Source: Rhodobacterales bacterium (GTDB taxonomy: Bacteria; Pseudomonadota; Alphaproteobacteria; Rhodobacterales; Rhodobacteraceae). Taken from it: a DNA stretch of 38,156 bases. Shown here piece after piece: positions 9,491 to 18,500 of the stretch. The position numbers were made by a program, and so were the translations under genes. Numbering within the stretch: position 1 is the stretch's first letter; each line of letters starts with the position of its first letter. The stretch covers positions 1-38,156 of the forward strand of contig PDRW01000045.1 of NCBI GenBank assembly GCA_002746935.1, given 5' to 3'. The notes below the pieces were generated by a model. It was given only the letters and a program-made list of their open reading frames with translations, did no database searches and was not told where the DNA came from.

Positions 9491-9841
9491 TTACTTCACA
9501 TCCTCAAGCAGGGCGAGCACATCGTCGCTCCCGCCTGGCTGGTGCCGCTTGAGCTTGTGCACCTCGCGAGACAGGTTCACCGCCGCTTTCTCGGCGCGGC
9601 GCGCCTTGGAGCGGTGCTTGCCCTCGCGGAGCCATTCCCAGAAGAAACCGATCAGCAGGCCGAGGACGATCCCGGCGAAGATGACGATGAACAGTGGCAG
9701 CGTCACCTCCCAGCTGTAGCCGAGGAAGCCCGAGATTTCCGCCGGCAGCAGATGCAGGGTGACCTTTCCGAGATTGGCAAACGCCACAACACCAAGCACG
9801 ACGGCCAGGGCCGCCAGGAAGACAAATCGAATGATGCGCAT
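9491..9841 (-). CDS. LapA/DUF1049-family small inner-membrane protein
   Basis: 116-aa product with two predicted TM helices (…FVFLAALAVVLGVVAF… and …LPLFIVIFAGIVLGLLIGFF…) followed by a basic C-terminal tail. It sits between ihfB and trpF, as is common in alphaproteobacteria. Confidence 0.6.
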   Translation of the reverse strand: MRIIRFVFLAALAVVLGVVAFANLGKVTLHLLPAEISGFLGYSWEVTLPLFIVIFAGIVLGLLIGFFWEWLREGKHRSKARRAEKAAVNLSREVHKLKRHQPGGSDDVLALLEDVK

Positions 9842-9851
9842 GGAGCCTGCC

Positions 9852-10133
9852 TCAGTTACCGTTCAGCCGATCACGAAGATACTTGCCCGTCTTGAAGAAG
9901 GGAACATGCTTTTCCTCGACTTCGACCGCCTCACCGGTGCGCGGATTGCGGCCGATGCGGGCGTCGCGTTTCTTGACCGAAAAGGCGCCGAACCCGCGCA
10001 ACTCGACCCGGTCGCCGCGCGCCATCGCTTCGATGATCTCTTCGAATACCGTGCTCACGATGCGCTCCACATCGCGCTGGAACAGGTGCGGATTCTCGTC
10101 TGCGATCTTTTGAATCAGTTCCGACCGGATCAT
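9852..10133 (-). CDS. ihfB: integration host factor beta subunit
   Basis: 93-aa product [84 protein letters not shown]…. The start codon is cat at 10131-10133, and the ORF-track N-terminal extension is rejected. Confidence 0.9.
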   Translation of the reverse strand: MIRSELIQKIADENPHLFQRDVERIVSTVFEEIIEAMARGDRVELRGFGAFSVKKRDARIGRNPRTGEAVEVEEKHVPFFKTGKYLRDRLNGN

Positions 10134-10445
10134 GCAAATCCCCCTGGTGTCAATGCCGGCGCGCGCGTGACGGCACGTCGCACAATGACAACTATAGGCG
10201 GAAACCATTGATCGCGAAAGCCGTGTCGCACCCCGGGCGGACATGGTTTCGGCAGCTTTTTGCCCGATTTTTCATGGAAATCCCGAGCTTTAGGCAGACT
10301 CCCTTGTGGTATTCGAACCTCGCCGGCGCAGATCCGGCCTGAAGCGGCCTTTCACGTGATTCGCCCGAAGCGCCAGTCCCCGGCCCTTGCCATCGCCGGA
10401 GCCCGGTGTCACCTTTCCCGCATAACAGGAAAAAGGCCCGCAGCC

Positions 10446-11816
10446 ATGTCCGATTTTTCCACCGACATCGCCCGCCTCGCCGGATGTTTCGCCACCGGCA
10501 AGACCCGTTCGTTCTCCTGGCGCAAGGCGCAGCTGGCCGCTGTCGAAGACATGTGCCGCACCCATGAGGACCGGATTCACCAGGCGCTGGCCGAGGATCT
10601 GCACAAGCCCGACACCGAGGCCCTGATCCACGAGAGCGCCTATGTCGCCAGCCATGCCCGGCACGCGCGCCAGCACCTTGCCCGCTGGGCAAGGCCGCGG
10701 CGGCAGCCGGTAAACATCATCAACCGGCCCGGCAAGGCCTGGCTTCAGCCGGAGCCGCTGGGGCCGGTGCTGATCCTTTCGCCATGGAACTACCCCTGGC
10801 ATCTGGCGCTGATGCCACTGGTCGGCGCGCTGGCCGCAGGCAATCCGGCGCTGGTGAAGCCCTCCGAACTCGCGCCCGCCACCTCGCAGCTGCTGGCCGA
10901 GCTTGTGCCCGGCCATCTCGACCCCGACGCGGTGCGGGTCGTCGAAGGCGGGGCGGAGGTTGCCGCAGCGCTGCTCGACGACCCCTGGGGGCTGGTGTTC
11001 TTCACCGGTTCCAGCCGCATCGGCGCAAAGGTGGCCGAAGCGGCGGGGCGCACGCTGAGCCCGGTGGTGCTCGAGCTTGGCGGCAAGAACCCGGTGATCG
11101 TCGCGGATGATGCCGATCTCGACATTGCCGCACGGCGGATCGCCTGGGGCAAGCTGCTGAACGCCGGGCAGATCTGTATCGCCCCCGATCATGTGCTGAT
11201 CGGTCCCGGGCGCAGCGCAGCTTTCGGGGAGGCCTTCGGCCGCGCCGTCCGGCAGATGCTGGGCAATGACCCCCAGACGAGCCCCGATTTTGGCCGGATC
11301 GTCAACCGGCGCCATTTCGACCGGCTCGCAGCGATGCCCGGCGAGGGGCGCGTGGTTTTCGGCGGCGCGCAGGACGCGGATGATCTCTATATCGAGCCGA
11401 CCCTGCTCACCGACCTGCCCGACGGCGCCGCGGCGCTCACCGAAGAGGTCTTCGGTCCGATCCTGCCAATGGTCGAGGTTGCCGGAGCCGATGAGGCCCT
11501 CGCCCGTATCAACCGCGGGCCAAGGCCGCTGGCGCTCTATCTGTTCTCGAATGACCGCAGCTTGCAGCGGCGCGTCGTTGAAGAGACCAGCTCCGGCACG
11601 GTGGTGCTGAACGACGTGGTGATCCAGATGACCTCGCCCGATCTGCCCTTCGGCGGCGTCGGGGCGAGCGGCATCGGCAGCTATCACGGGCGCACGGGGT
11701 TCGATGCTTTCAGCCATCTGAAACCGGTGCTCACCAAAGGCACGCGTTTCGACCCGGCCGTGCGTTATCCGCCCTACACCGCGCGCAAACGCCGCTGGCT
11801 CCGGTGGTTTCTCTGA
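10446..11816 (+). CDS. NAD(P)+-dependent aldehyde dehydrogenase, class-3 / fatty-aldehyde dehydrogenase-like
   Basis: 456-aa product with ALDH motifs (…ELGGKNP…, catalytic Cys in …NAGQICIAPD…, …EEVFGPILP…). An AGGAAAAAGG RBS precedes the ATG at 10446. The 62-codon upstream extension in the ORF track is rejected. Confidence 0.85.
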   Translation: MSDFSTDIARLAGCFATGKTRSFSWRKAQLAAVEDMCRTHEDRIHQALAEDLHKPDTEALIHESAYVASHARHARQHLARWARPRRQPVNIINRPGKAWLQPEPLGPVLILSPWNYPWHLALMPLVGALAAGNPALVKPSELAPATSQLLAELVPGHLDPDAVRVVEGGAEVAAALLDDPWGLVFFTGSSRIGAKVAEAAGRTLSPVVLELGGKNPVIVADDADLDIAARRIAWGKLLNAGQICIAPDHVLIGPGRSAAFGEAFGRAVRQMLGNDPQTSPDFGRIVNRRHFDRLAAMPGEGRVVFGGAQDADDLYIEPTLLTDLPDGAAALTEEVFGPILPMVEVAGADEALARINRGPRPLALYLFSNDRSLQRRVVEETSSGTVVLNDVVIQMTSPDLPFGGVGASGIGSYHGRTGFDAFSHLKPVLTKGTRFDPAVRYPPYTARKRRWLRWFL

Positions 11817-11823
11817 CAGCGGA

Positions 11824-11838
11824 CGCGCGCGCGCGCGC
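11824..11838. repeat. (CG)7 alternating dinucleotide tract
   Basis: cgcgcgcgcgcgcgc read directly, 8 nt after the ALDH stop. Confidence 0.9.
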
Positions 11839-11881
11839 CCCGGGTTTCGCCGTTGCCGAAAGGCGTGTCGCCCCGTTTACG

Positions 11882-11913
11882 AAAAGGGCGGCCCCCGGAA
11901 GGGCCGCCCGAAA
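11882..11913. terminator. bidirectional intrinsic terminator hairpin (gggcggccc-ccggaa-gggccgccc flanked by A/T runs)
   Basis: Perfect 9-bp GC stem with a 6-nt loop between the convergent ALDH (+) and beta-barrel (-) genes. A-run upstream and AAA downstream. Confidence 0.6.
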
Positions 11914-11930
11914 CGCTCATTTCACAGCCG

Positions 11931-14900
11931 TCAGAACTTGCCGACCAGGTTCACGAACACGCCATGGCTGTCATATTCGATGTCGGTCAGGTCGTCCGAG
12001 ACATTGCCCCATTCGTAGCCGACACCAATCTTGGCATATTCGCCCAGGTGCCGGTACACGCCCAGAACCGCGCCGGTTTCGGTGGTATCGGTCTCGGGCG
12101 AGAACAGCACCCTGCCCTCACCGAAAATGTCCCACTCATGGACCACATGCCAGTCGGCACGGAGCGCCAGCAGCGCCGCGTCATTTTCGGTGAAGTCGTC
12201 GGTCCCACGGTCGGCGGTCTCCGCCATCCGGTAGCCGAGCTTGCCGCCGATCGTGATCTGCGGGTTCAGGTCGTAATTCGCATCGACCGAGAGCACATGG
12301 CTTTTCTGCTTCGGCCCGTTGCTGTTGCCATTGGCATCCACCTGGTCCTCGCCCGGAAGATCAATCAGCCGCGAGTACCTGAACAGCAGGTTGAGCCGTT
12401 CGTTGTCCACCGGCCGGTAGGCAAAGCCGAGATTGGCGCGCACATATTCGCCATCATGGTAATCGCCTTCGGCGCTGTCCGAGTAGAGCCCTTCGACATC
12501 CCCCAGAAGCGTCCAGTCGCGGTTCAGCGCGTTGCTGTAACCGGCGGAGAACATGTAGGTGTCGCGGTCGCGCGCGGTGCCGTCGCCGTCTTCGGTGCGG
12601 TATTCCAGCCGCAACCGGGCAGAGACCTCTTCGCTCGGCGACCAGGCGGCCCCGACCGAAGCCGCGATACGCTCGAAATCGCCGTCTTCCTTGTCGATCA
12701 CCTCGCCGTAGTCGAAGCTGCCCGAAAGGGTCCAGGCATTGCTGGGTGTATAGCTCACGCCGAAGGTGTTGGTCAGCGATTGCTGGCTCGCGCCCGGCAG
12801 ATCAAAAGCGCTTTCCCCGAAAAGGTTGACGCTTTCGGAAAGCTGGTAGCGCCCACCGGTGACGATCCGGCCCTTGTCGACCAGATCGCTGCCCGCGCCA
12901 TAGCGGGTCGGGTCGAGGGTGAAACCGATGTAGGCTTCACGCTCGGGGCTCGCGGCATAGGCAAGGCGCGCGTTCGCGGCTGCGCCCGACGTGCCGGTCG
13001 ACACCTCGCCGGTGGCGCGCAGCTTTTCGGTCAGCTGCGCTTCCACGCCCACGCCCACGCGGTGGTCGTTGTCCAGCCCGCCGCTGCGCTGAACCGTGAC
13101 CTGACCGAAGGTGTAGACCGTGAGGTCGTCGTTCGGATGCCAATCCACCCGCGCGCCGGCATCAAGCCGGGTGCCGGTCTCTTCAGGCTTGGCCGGGTCG
13201 GTCTTGTCGACATAGCTCGCCCCGACCCGCACGGACCACGCCTTCGAGAAGGCGTATTCGGCATGCGCGCCGACTTCGAGCTTTTCCTTGCCGCTGTCGG
13301 ACACGAAGCGTTCGCCGTCAGCGCCGATGCTCAGCCGGTCGGAAACATCGACCTCGACTTCTCCGCCAAACAGGTACTGGGTCTGATCAATGTCTTCGGA
13401 GACCGACCAGAACCCCGCCTCCTTGCGTTCGGCGTAGAATATGACATGGCCCGGAACCCCGATATTGGCATCTTCGAGGTCCACGAAACCGTCGAGCGCG
13501 TAGGCGTTGGCCGTGCCACTGTCGGCGCCGCCGGACGAAGTGATGGTCAGGCCGCCGTCGGTGGAGGTGGAGCGGGAAAACCCGGGGCCGGAGGTGCGGA
13601 CCGCCTCGACGGTGACATAGCTCTGGCGGCCGAATTCGTAGCGCGCATCAACCCCGGCAACGGTCTGCTCGCCCTGATCGGACTTTTCGCGCATACCCGT
13701 CGCGCCGATGCGCAGGTTGTTTGTCACCCAGGCTTCGGCCCGCCCGCCCAGCACGGTGTTGTCAGCGTCCATGTTGGTCGGGGTGTATTCGTATTGCACC
13801 ACCAGCGACTGGTCGAGACCGCCGGTCTGCGCCCCGGCAGGGCCGCTTGTGCCGGTGTACCACGACAGCGGTCGCGCCAGCGTGATCACGCCTTGCAGGT
13901 GGTCGATCGAATAATCCACCCCCTCCCTGAGCCGCACGCTGTCGACCACGCGCCCGGTGTCGCTGTCGGTAATCAGCACCTGCACATTGGTCGACCCGCC
14001 GGTGATGTCCTGACGCGACAGGAAATAGACCGACCCGCCGGTGCCGCGCAGCACATCGCGCTGCGCCATCGTGTCCGGCTGGGCGGCATAGAGCGTGGCG
14101 CTGAGGCGCGGATCACCGTTTTCGGTGACAGTCGCCGACTGATAGCGAACCTCGGCACCGTAAAGGTTACGCGCTGCGCTGATCAGGTTCGGACTGGTGA
14201 TCCCGGTCTCGAAATCGCCCCAGGTCACACGGGTGGTTTCGTTTTCGGCACGGAAATAGAAGGCCCCCGCGGTCGGGGTGTCGTCATACCAGGTCGAGTT
14301 GTCGCCGTAGGTCGGGTAAACGTCATCGGAATTGCGCAGCCGGTCGAGCACCCGGCGCGGATCCTTGTCGTTCAGACGGTCGAAAAGCTCGTCGATCGGG
14401 CCTTCCTGGCTGTCCACGCCTGCGGTGATCCGCCATCCGCTCTGGGTCTCGCCCTTGGCGTAGAAGGCAGCGCGGGCATCGACATAGCCCTCGTCCTCCA
14501 GCCCGCTGGTGCCGCCGAACCGGTAGCCTGCGGTGATGTCGATGATCCCGGTGGAGAACCATTCCGACGTCGGAATCTCGACATCGCGCACGAATTGCCG
14601 TCCGCCGGCCTTGACCGCGACCACATGGTCGCCGGCGGGCAGGATGCGGCTGACGACGAACTTGCCGGAGGCGTCCACCGGCACGGTCTCGCCCATCACC
14701 GATACCGTACCGCCCGGCGTACCGCGCCCGGCGACGGTGATCGTGCCGCCGCTGAGCGGGATCCGGCGGACGCGCAGGCGGCTTTCGCCCTCGCCCGCCG
14801 CGACCAGCGGCCCGCCGACGGTCTCGTGGCTGGCGAAATGTTCCGCCGTGCGGGTGAGCGTGAGCGGCAGGGTCTCGTCATAGCGCCCCCTGGCATCATA

Positions 14901-15533
14901 GACCCGGAGCGCATAGGCATAATCCCCTTCGCCGCCGGCCGGCATTTTCCACCGCACCTGACCGTTGGCCCGCGTCGGCAGCACCGCCACCGCCGGGTGC
15001 CCGGGTTCGGACAGATCGAGGATCCGCACTTCGGCGCGGCGGATGAAGCTCGGATAGTTTGCCGACGCCCGGAAGGTCACCGTCTCGCCCGCCTGGTAGG
15101 CGGCGCGCAGATCGGCGGTGGCAACGTTGAGCAGACGCGCCCCGCCCAGCCCGTCAAACCGCACGTCGAGCTTTGCCCGGGCGAGCGCAATGTCGGCACT
15201 GCGCTCGGGGTTGTAGGGCGGCAGCGCCCCGGCGAAGTGGGCGTTGTCCACCGAGATCGCAAAGCCGGTCTGGGCGAACTGCCCTCCCGGGGGGGCCTGC
15301 ACCGCTTCGGTGTTGGCGCCCACGGGCAGATCCACCGCAACCCCGGCATTGGCGTGCTGGCAGCCCGGCGCCAGCGGGATCGCCGCGGGGTCGCAACCGA
15401 CCCCCTGCGCGAGGCCCGCGAGTGGCAGCATGGATGCAGCCAGTCCGGCGAGTGCGGTGCTCCTGAGCAGCGCCCCATGGCGGGCGGCGGGCCTGGCGGG
15501 TTTCTTAATCGTCAACATGCTACGCTCCATCAT
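11931..15533 (-). CDS. large outer-membrane beta-barrel protein (1200 aa) with N-terminal periplasmic/Ig-like region; translationally coupled to upstream giant adhesin gene
   Basis: Start ATGATG at 15533/15530 has a GAGGG RBS 7 nt upstream and overlaps the upstream TGA (ATGA). Signal peptide MLTIKKPARPAARHGALLRSTALAGLAASMLPLAGLAQG is followed by a Cys pair and a prealbumin/Ig-like segment (…TITVAGRGTPGGTVSVMGETVPVDASGKFVV…). About 850 aa of amphipathic beta-strand periodicity then end in …HGVFVNLVGKF, the OMP beta-signal with terminal Phe. The opposite-strand 1350-aa ORF is low-complexity antisense. Confidence 0.8.
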   Translation of the reverse strand: MMERSMLTIKKPARPAARHGALLRSTALAGLAASMLPLAGLAQGVGCDPAAIPLAPGCQHANAGVAVDLPVGANTEAVQAPPGGQFAQTGFAISVDNAHFAGALPPYNPERSADIALARAKLDVRFDGLGGARLLNVATADLRAAYQAGETVTFRASANYPSFIRRAEVRILDLSEPGHPAVAVLPTRANGQVRWKMPAGGEGDYAYALRVYDARGRYDETLPLTLTRTAEHFASHETVGGPLVAAGEGESRLRVRRIPLSGGTITVAGRGTPGGTVSVMGETVPVDASGKFVVSRILPAGDHVVAVKAGGRQFVRDVEIPTSEWFSTGIIDITAGYRFGGTSGLEDEGYVDARAAFYAKGETQSGWRITAGVDSQEGPIDELFDRLNDKDPRRVLDRLRNSDDVYPTYGDNSTWYDDTPTAGAFYFRAENETTRVTWGDFETGITSPNLISAARNLYGAEVRYQSATVTENGDPRLSATLYAAQPDTMAQRDVLRGTGGSVYFLSRQDITGGSTNVQVLITDSDTGRVVDSVRLREGVDYSIDHLQGVITLARPLSWYTGTSGPAGAQTGGLDQSLVVQYEYTPTNMDADNTVLGGRAEAWVTNNLRIGATGMREKSDQGEQTVAGVDARYEFGRQSYVTVEAVRTSGPGFSRSTSTDGGLTITSSGGADSGTANAYALDGFVDLEDANIGVPGHVIFYAERKEAGFWSVSEDIDQTQYLFGGEVEVDVSDRLSIGADGERFVSDSGKEKLEVGAHAEYAFSKAWSVRVGASYVDKTDPAKPEETGTRLDAGARVDWHPNDDLTVYTFGQVTVQRSGGLDNDHRVGVGVEAQLTEKLRATGEVSTGTSGAAANARLAYAASPEREAYIGFTLDPTRYGAGSDLVDKGRIVTGGRYQLSESVNLFGESAFDLPGASQQSLTNTFGVSYTPSNAWTLSGSFDYGEVIDKEDGDFERIAASVGAAWSPSEEVSARLRLEYRTEDGDGTARDRDTYMFSAGYSNALNRDWTLLGDVEGLYSDSAEGDYHDGEYVRANLGFAYRPVDNERLNLLFRYSRLIDLPGEDQVDANGNSNGPKQKSHVLSVDANYDLNPQITIGGKLGYRMAETADRGTDDFTENDAALLALRADWHVVHEWDIFGEGRVLFSPETDTTETGAVLGVYRHLGEYAKIGVGYEWGNVSDDLTDIEYDSHGVFVNLVGKF

Positions 15534-18500
15534 TGCCCGGCCCTCACGATCGTGGTTTCGATCCGAAGCTGGGTGCGGCCCGCCTTGCGCCACTCGGCGC
15601 GTATGCGGTCTTCGACCAGTTTCATCAGCGCCCTGCCCTCGGTCACAGCTTCGGGCCCGGCCGTCGCCGGCAGATGCCAGGCGAGGCGCAGCACGATCGG
15701 CTCACCGGCAAGCGCCGGCACCATCCGGCGGATGCCGTTGTCCAGCGCCTGGCCGATGGCCATCTGGCCGTCGGCCCCCCTGGTGAAGGCGGCGCGGTTG
15801 AGGTCCACCCGCACGACCTTGCCGATGCTCGCACCGAAGTTGATCTCCGCCATCACGCCCGGGGTCAGCCGCACGACGCGCGGGTTTTCCGTGGTCGGGC
15901 GGTAGCCTGCGGGCAGGGTGCGCTCGTCAAGCTTGATGATGAAGTTCGAGCCACGGTCTGCCGGCAGCGCCGCGCAGGGCACCGAGTAGAGGCCGTTTTC
16001 GTCCGTGGTCACCACGGTGCCGTCCGGCGACACCAGCCGCACCCCCGGGATGCCGCGCTCGACCAGCGGTTCCGGCGTGCGGGCGAGCTTGCCCTTGCCG
16101 CCGCCATAATGCTGATCGGTGATACCTTCGGACCCGGAGCCGCCCGGCGGATCCTGGTAGCCGTTGCCGTTGTGGTCTTCGAACACCTTGCCGATCACGT
16201 CGGAGCAGTCGAACACCGCTTCCGGCAGGATCCGCACATCGGCGGTCGCCTCACCCACCAGCAGATCGTCGGTGTTGGCATCGAAAACCGAGACCGAGTT
16301 GGTGTGAACGCCGGAACGTGCGCCGTTGAGAACACGGGCGTCGATGCCCAGGGTCAGCGTCGTCTCGGCGGGAAGGATGACATCCTCCCAGGTGACCACC
16401 AGCCCCTCGACCGTGACCGTTACCGACGCGCCGTCGATCGTGGCGCTGGCCGGATCGGCCAGGAAATGGCCGGGCAGCGTGTCCACCACATCCACCGGAC
16501 CGACGACGAAGTCATTGTCGTTGGTCACGGTGATCGTGTAGGGCACCGTCTCCCCGCGCCGGACAATATCGGCCGGCGTGGTCTTGGTGAGCGTCAGATT
16601 GTCAGCCGTCGAGGTCTCCGTGAACACGAAACGCGTCGGGTCGTCTTCGGTGTTGCCATCGGTGTCGATGCCGTTGTCGGACAGATCCGAAATCGGCTCC
16701 GGTTCTCCCGGAACGCCCGGCACGAACACCGGCAGCGCCTCCGCCAGAACCTGGTTTTCGATCCCGCCGGAATTCACCGCCTGCACGGTAACGGTGATCG
16801 AGGCCGTGTAGGTCGCCATTTCACCGATCTGAAGCGCACCTTCCGCCGAGCCCATGCTGGCGCTGACAAAGTCCGGGCCAGAGGCAAGCGTCAGGGCGTT
16901 GCCGTTGAGGTCGACCGCGGTATCCGTCAGCTGCACGTCCTCCAGCGGCGTGTTGCCGGTGTTCTCGACCGTGATCGTGTAGTCGATCCGGTCACCGGCA
17001 TCGTGGCGGCCGTCGCCGTTGACGTCGACATAGGTCTGGGTCTTGGTCGCTTCGATCCCCGGCAGCGCCGCCTGCACCACGGTTTCGACCGCGGTATCGC
17101 ACAGCGTCGGGATGGCCTGCGAGCAGATCTGATACTCGACCGTATGCGGACCCGCCGGATAGCCCGGCGCCAGCGTGATGAGCGCCGTGCCCGGATCGAG
17201 GGTCACGCCCGGATCGGCGTTGAGCACCGTGATGGTCACATTGCCAAGCGTCGCCGGGCCGTTGTTGAGCAGATCCGAGTCCAGCATCGAGGTGGTTGTG
17301 CCACCATCGGTGGTGAACGGCGGGAAGGTCTCCGGGTTTGCGTCGATCGAGCCGACCTGAACCGTCTCGCTGTCGTTGTCGGTGACCTCTTCACCGGGGT
17401 TCGGGCCCCAGGTGCCGGTCACGCTGGCGTTGTTGACCACCTGATTGGCGAGCACATCCGCCTGGGTCACCGTATAGGTGGCCGTGTAGGTTGTGCTGTC
17501 GACATCGCCCGGGTTCATCACCGGGATCGGCCCGCCGTTCAGCACGATATTGGGCAGAAGATCGGTGACCGTGACATTGGTCAGGATCATGTTGCCGGTG
17601 TTGGTGACGGTGAAGCTGTAGGGGATCACGTCACCCGGAACCGCGCCGTTGGGCAGGCCGGAGGTGTCGGCCACCTTGTCGAGCTCGATCGCCGGCACCT
17701 GGGCAATCGGCACCACTGTCGGGGTGTCGTTGTCATTGGCGGTGCCGCTGTCGTCGGTCACCGGGTTGCCCCCCGGATCGTCGCCGCTCACCGTGGCCTG
17801 GTTGGTCACCTGACCGGCGATGATGTCGGCCTGGGTGAGCGTGTAGGTCGCGGTAAAGGTGGTGCTGTCGACCGCCCCCGGCACCAGCGAGGGAATCGGG
17901 CCGCCGCTGATCTGGATGTTCGGCAGGGTGTCGGTCAGCGTCACGTTGGTGAGCAACACGTTGCCGGTGTTGGTCACGGTGAAGCCATAGCTGATCACAT
18001 CGCCCGCCTGCGCCGGCGTGCCAAGCGCCGATGTGTCGGCGGTCTTCACCAGCGCGATGGCCGGACCTTGCACGATCGACGTGACCAGCGGCGTGTCGTT
18101 GTCATTGGCCGTGCCGCTCACGTCGGTGACATCGGTGCCGAACGGGTCGGTACCGGTCACGGTGGCAGAGTTGGTCACCTGGCCGGCGTTGAGATCGTCC
18201 TGGGTGATCGCATAGCTGCCGGTGAAGGTGGTGCTGTCGACGGCACCCGGAGCAAGCGTGGCAATCGGACCGCCGTTGAGCGTCATCCCGGGCAGGCTGT
18301 CGGCCAGGGTGATGCCCGTCAGCGTCACCGGGCCGGTGTTGGTCACGGTGAAGCCATAGGTGATCACGTCGCCGACGGCCACCGGGTTCGAGAGCCCCGA
18401 GATGTCGGAGGTCTTGATCAGCGCAATGGCGGGCGCAACGTTGTGGCTCACCGGGGTCGGGTCGTTTTCACCGTTTTCATTGGCCTGACCGTTGTTGTTG

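Noticed and set aside
10290-11717. 475-aa minus-strand ORF
   Set aside because: Antisense to the aldehyde dehydrogenase.
15534-15593. ORF-track start at 15593 for the barrel protein
   Set aside because: It gives a 64-nt out-of-frame overlap and places 20 non-signal residues before the signal peptide. The ATGATG at 15533, with an RBS and the ATGA overlap, is more plausible.
11853-15905. 1350-aa plus-strand ORF over the barrel gene
   Set aside because: Antisense of the 1200-aa OMP, with a low-complexity Arg/Gly-rich product. The minus frame ends with a classic beta-signal.
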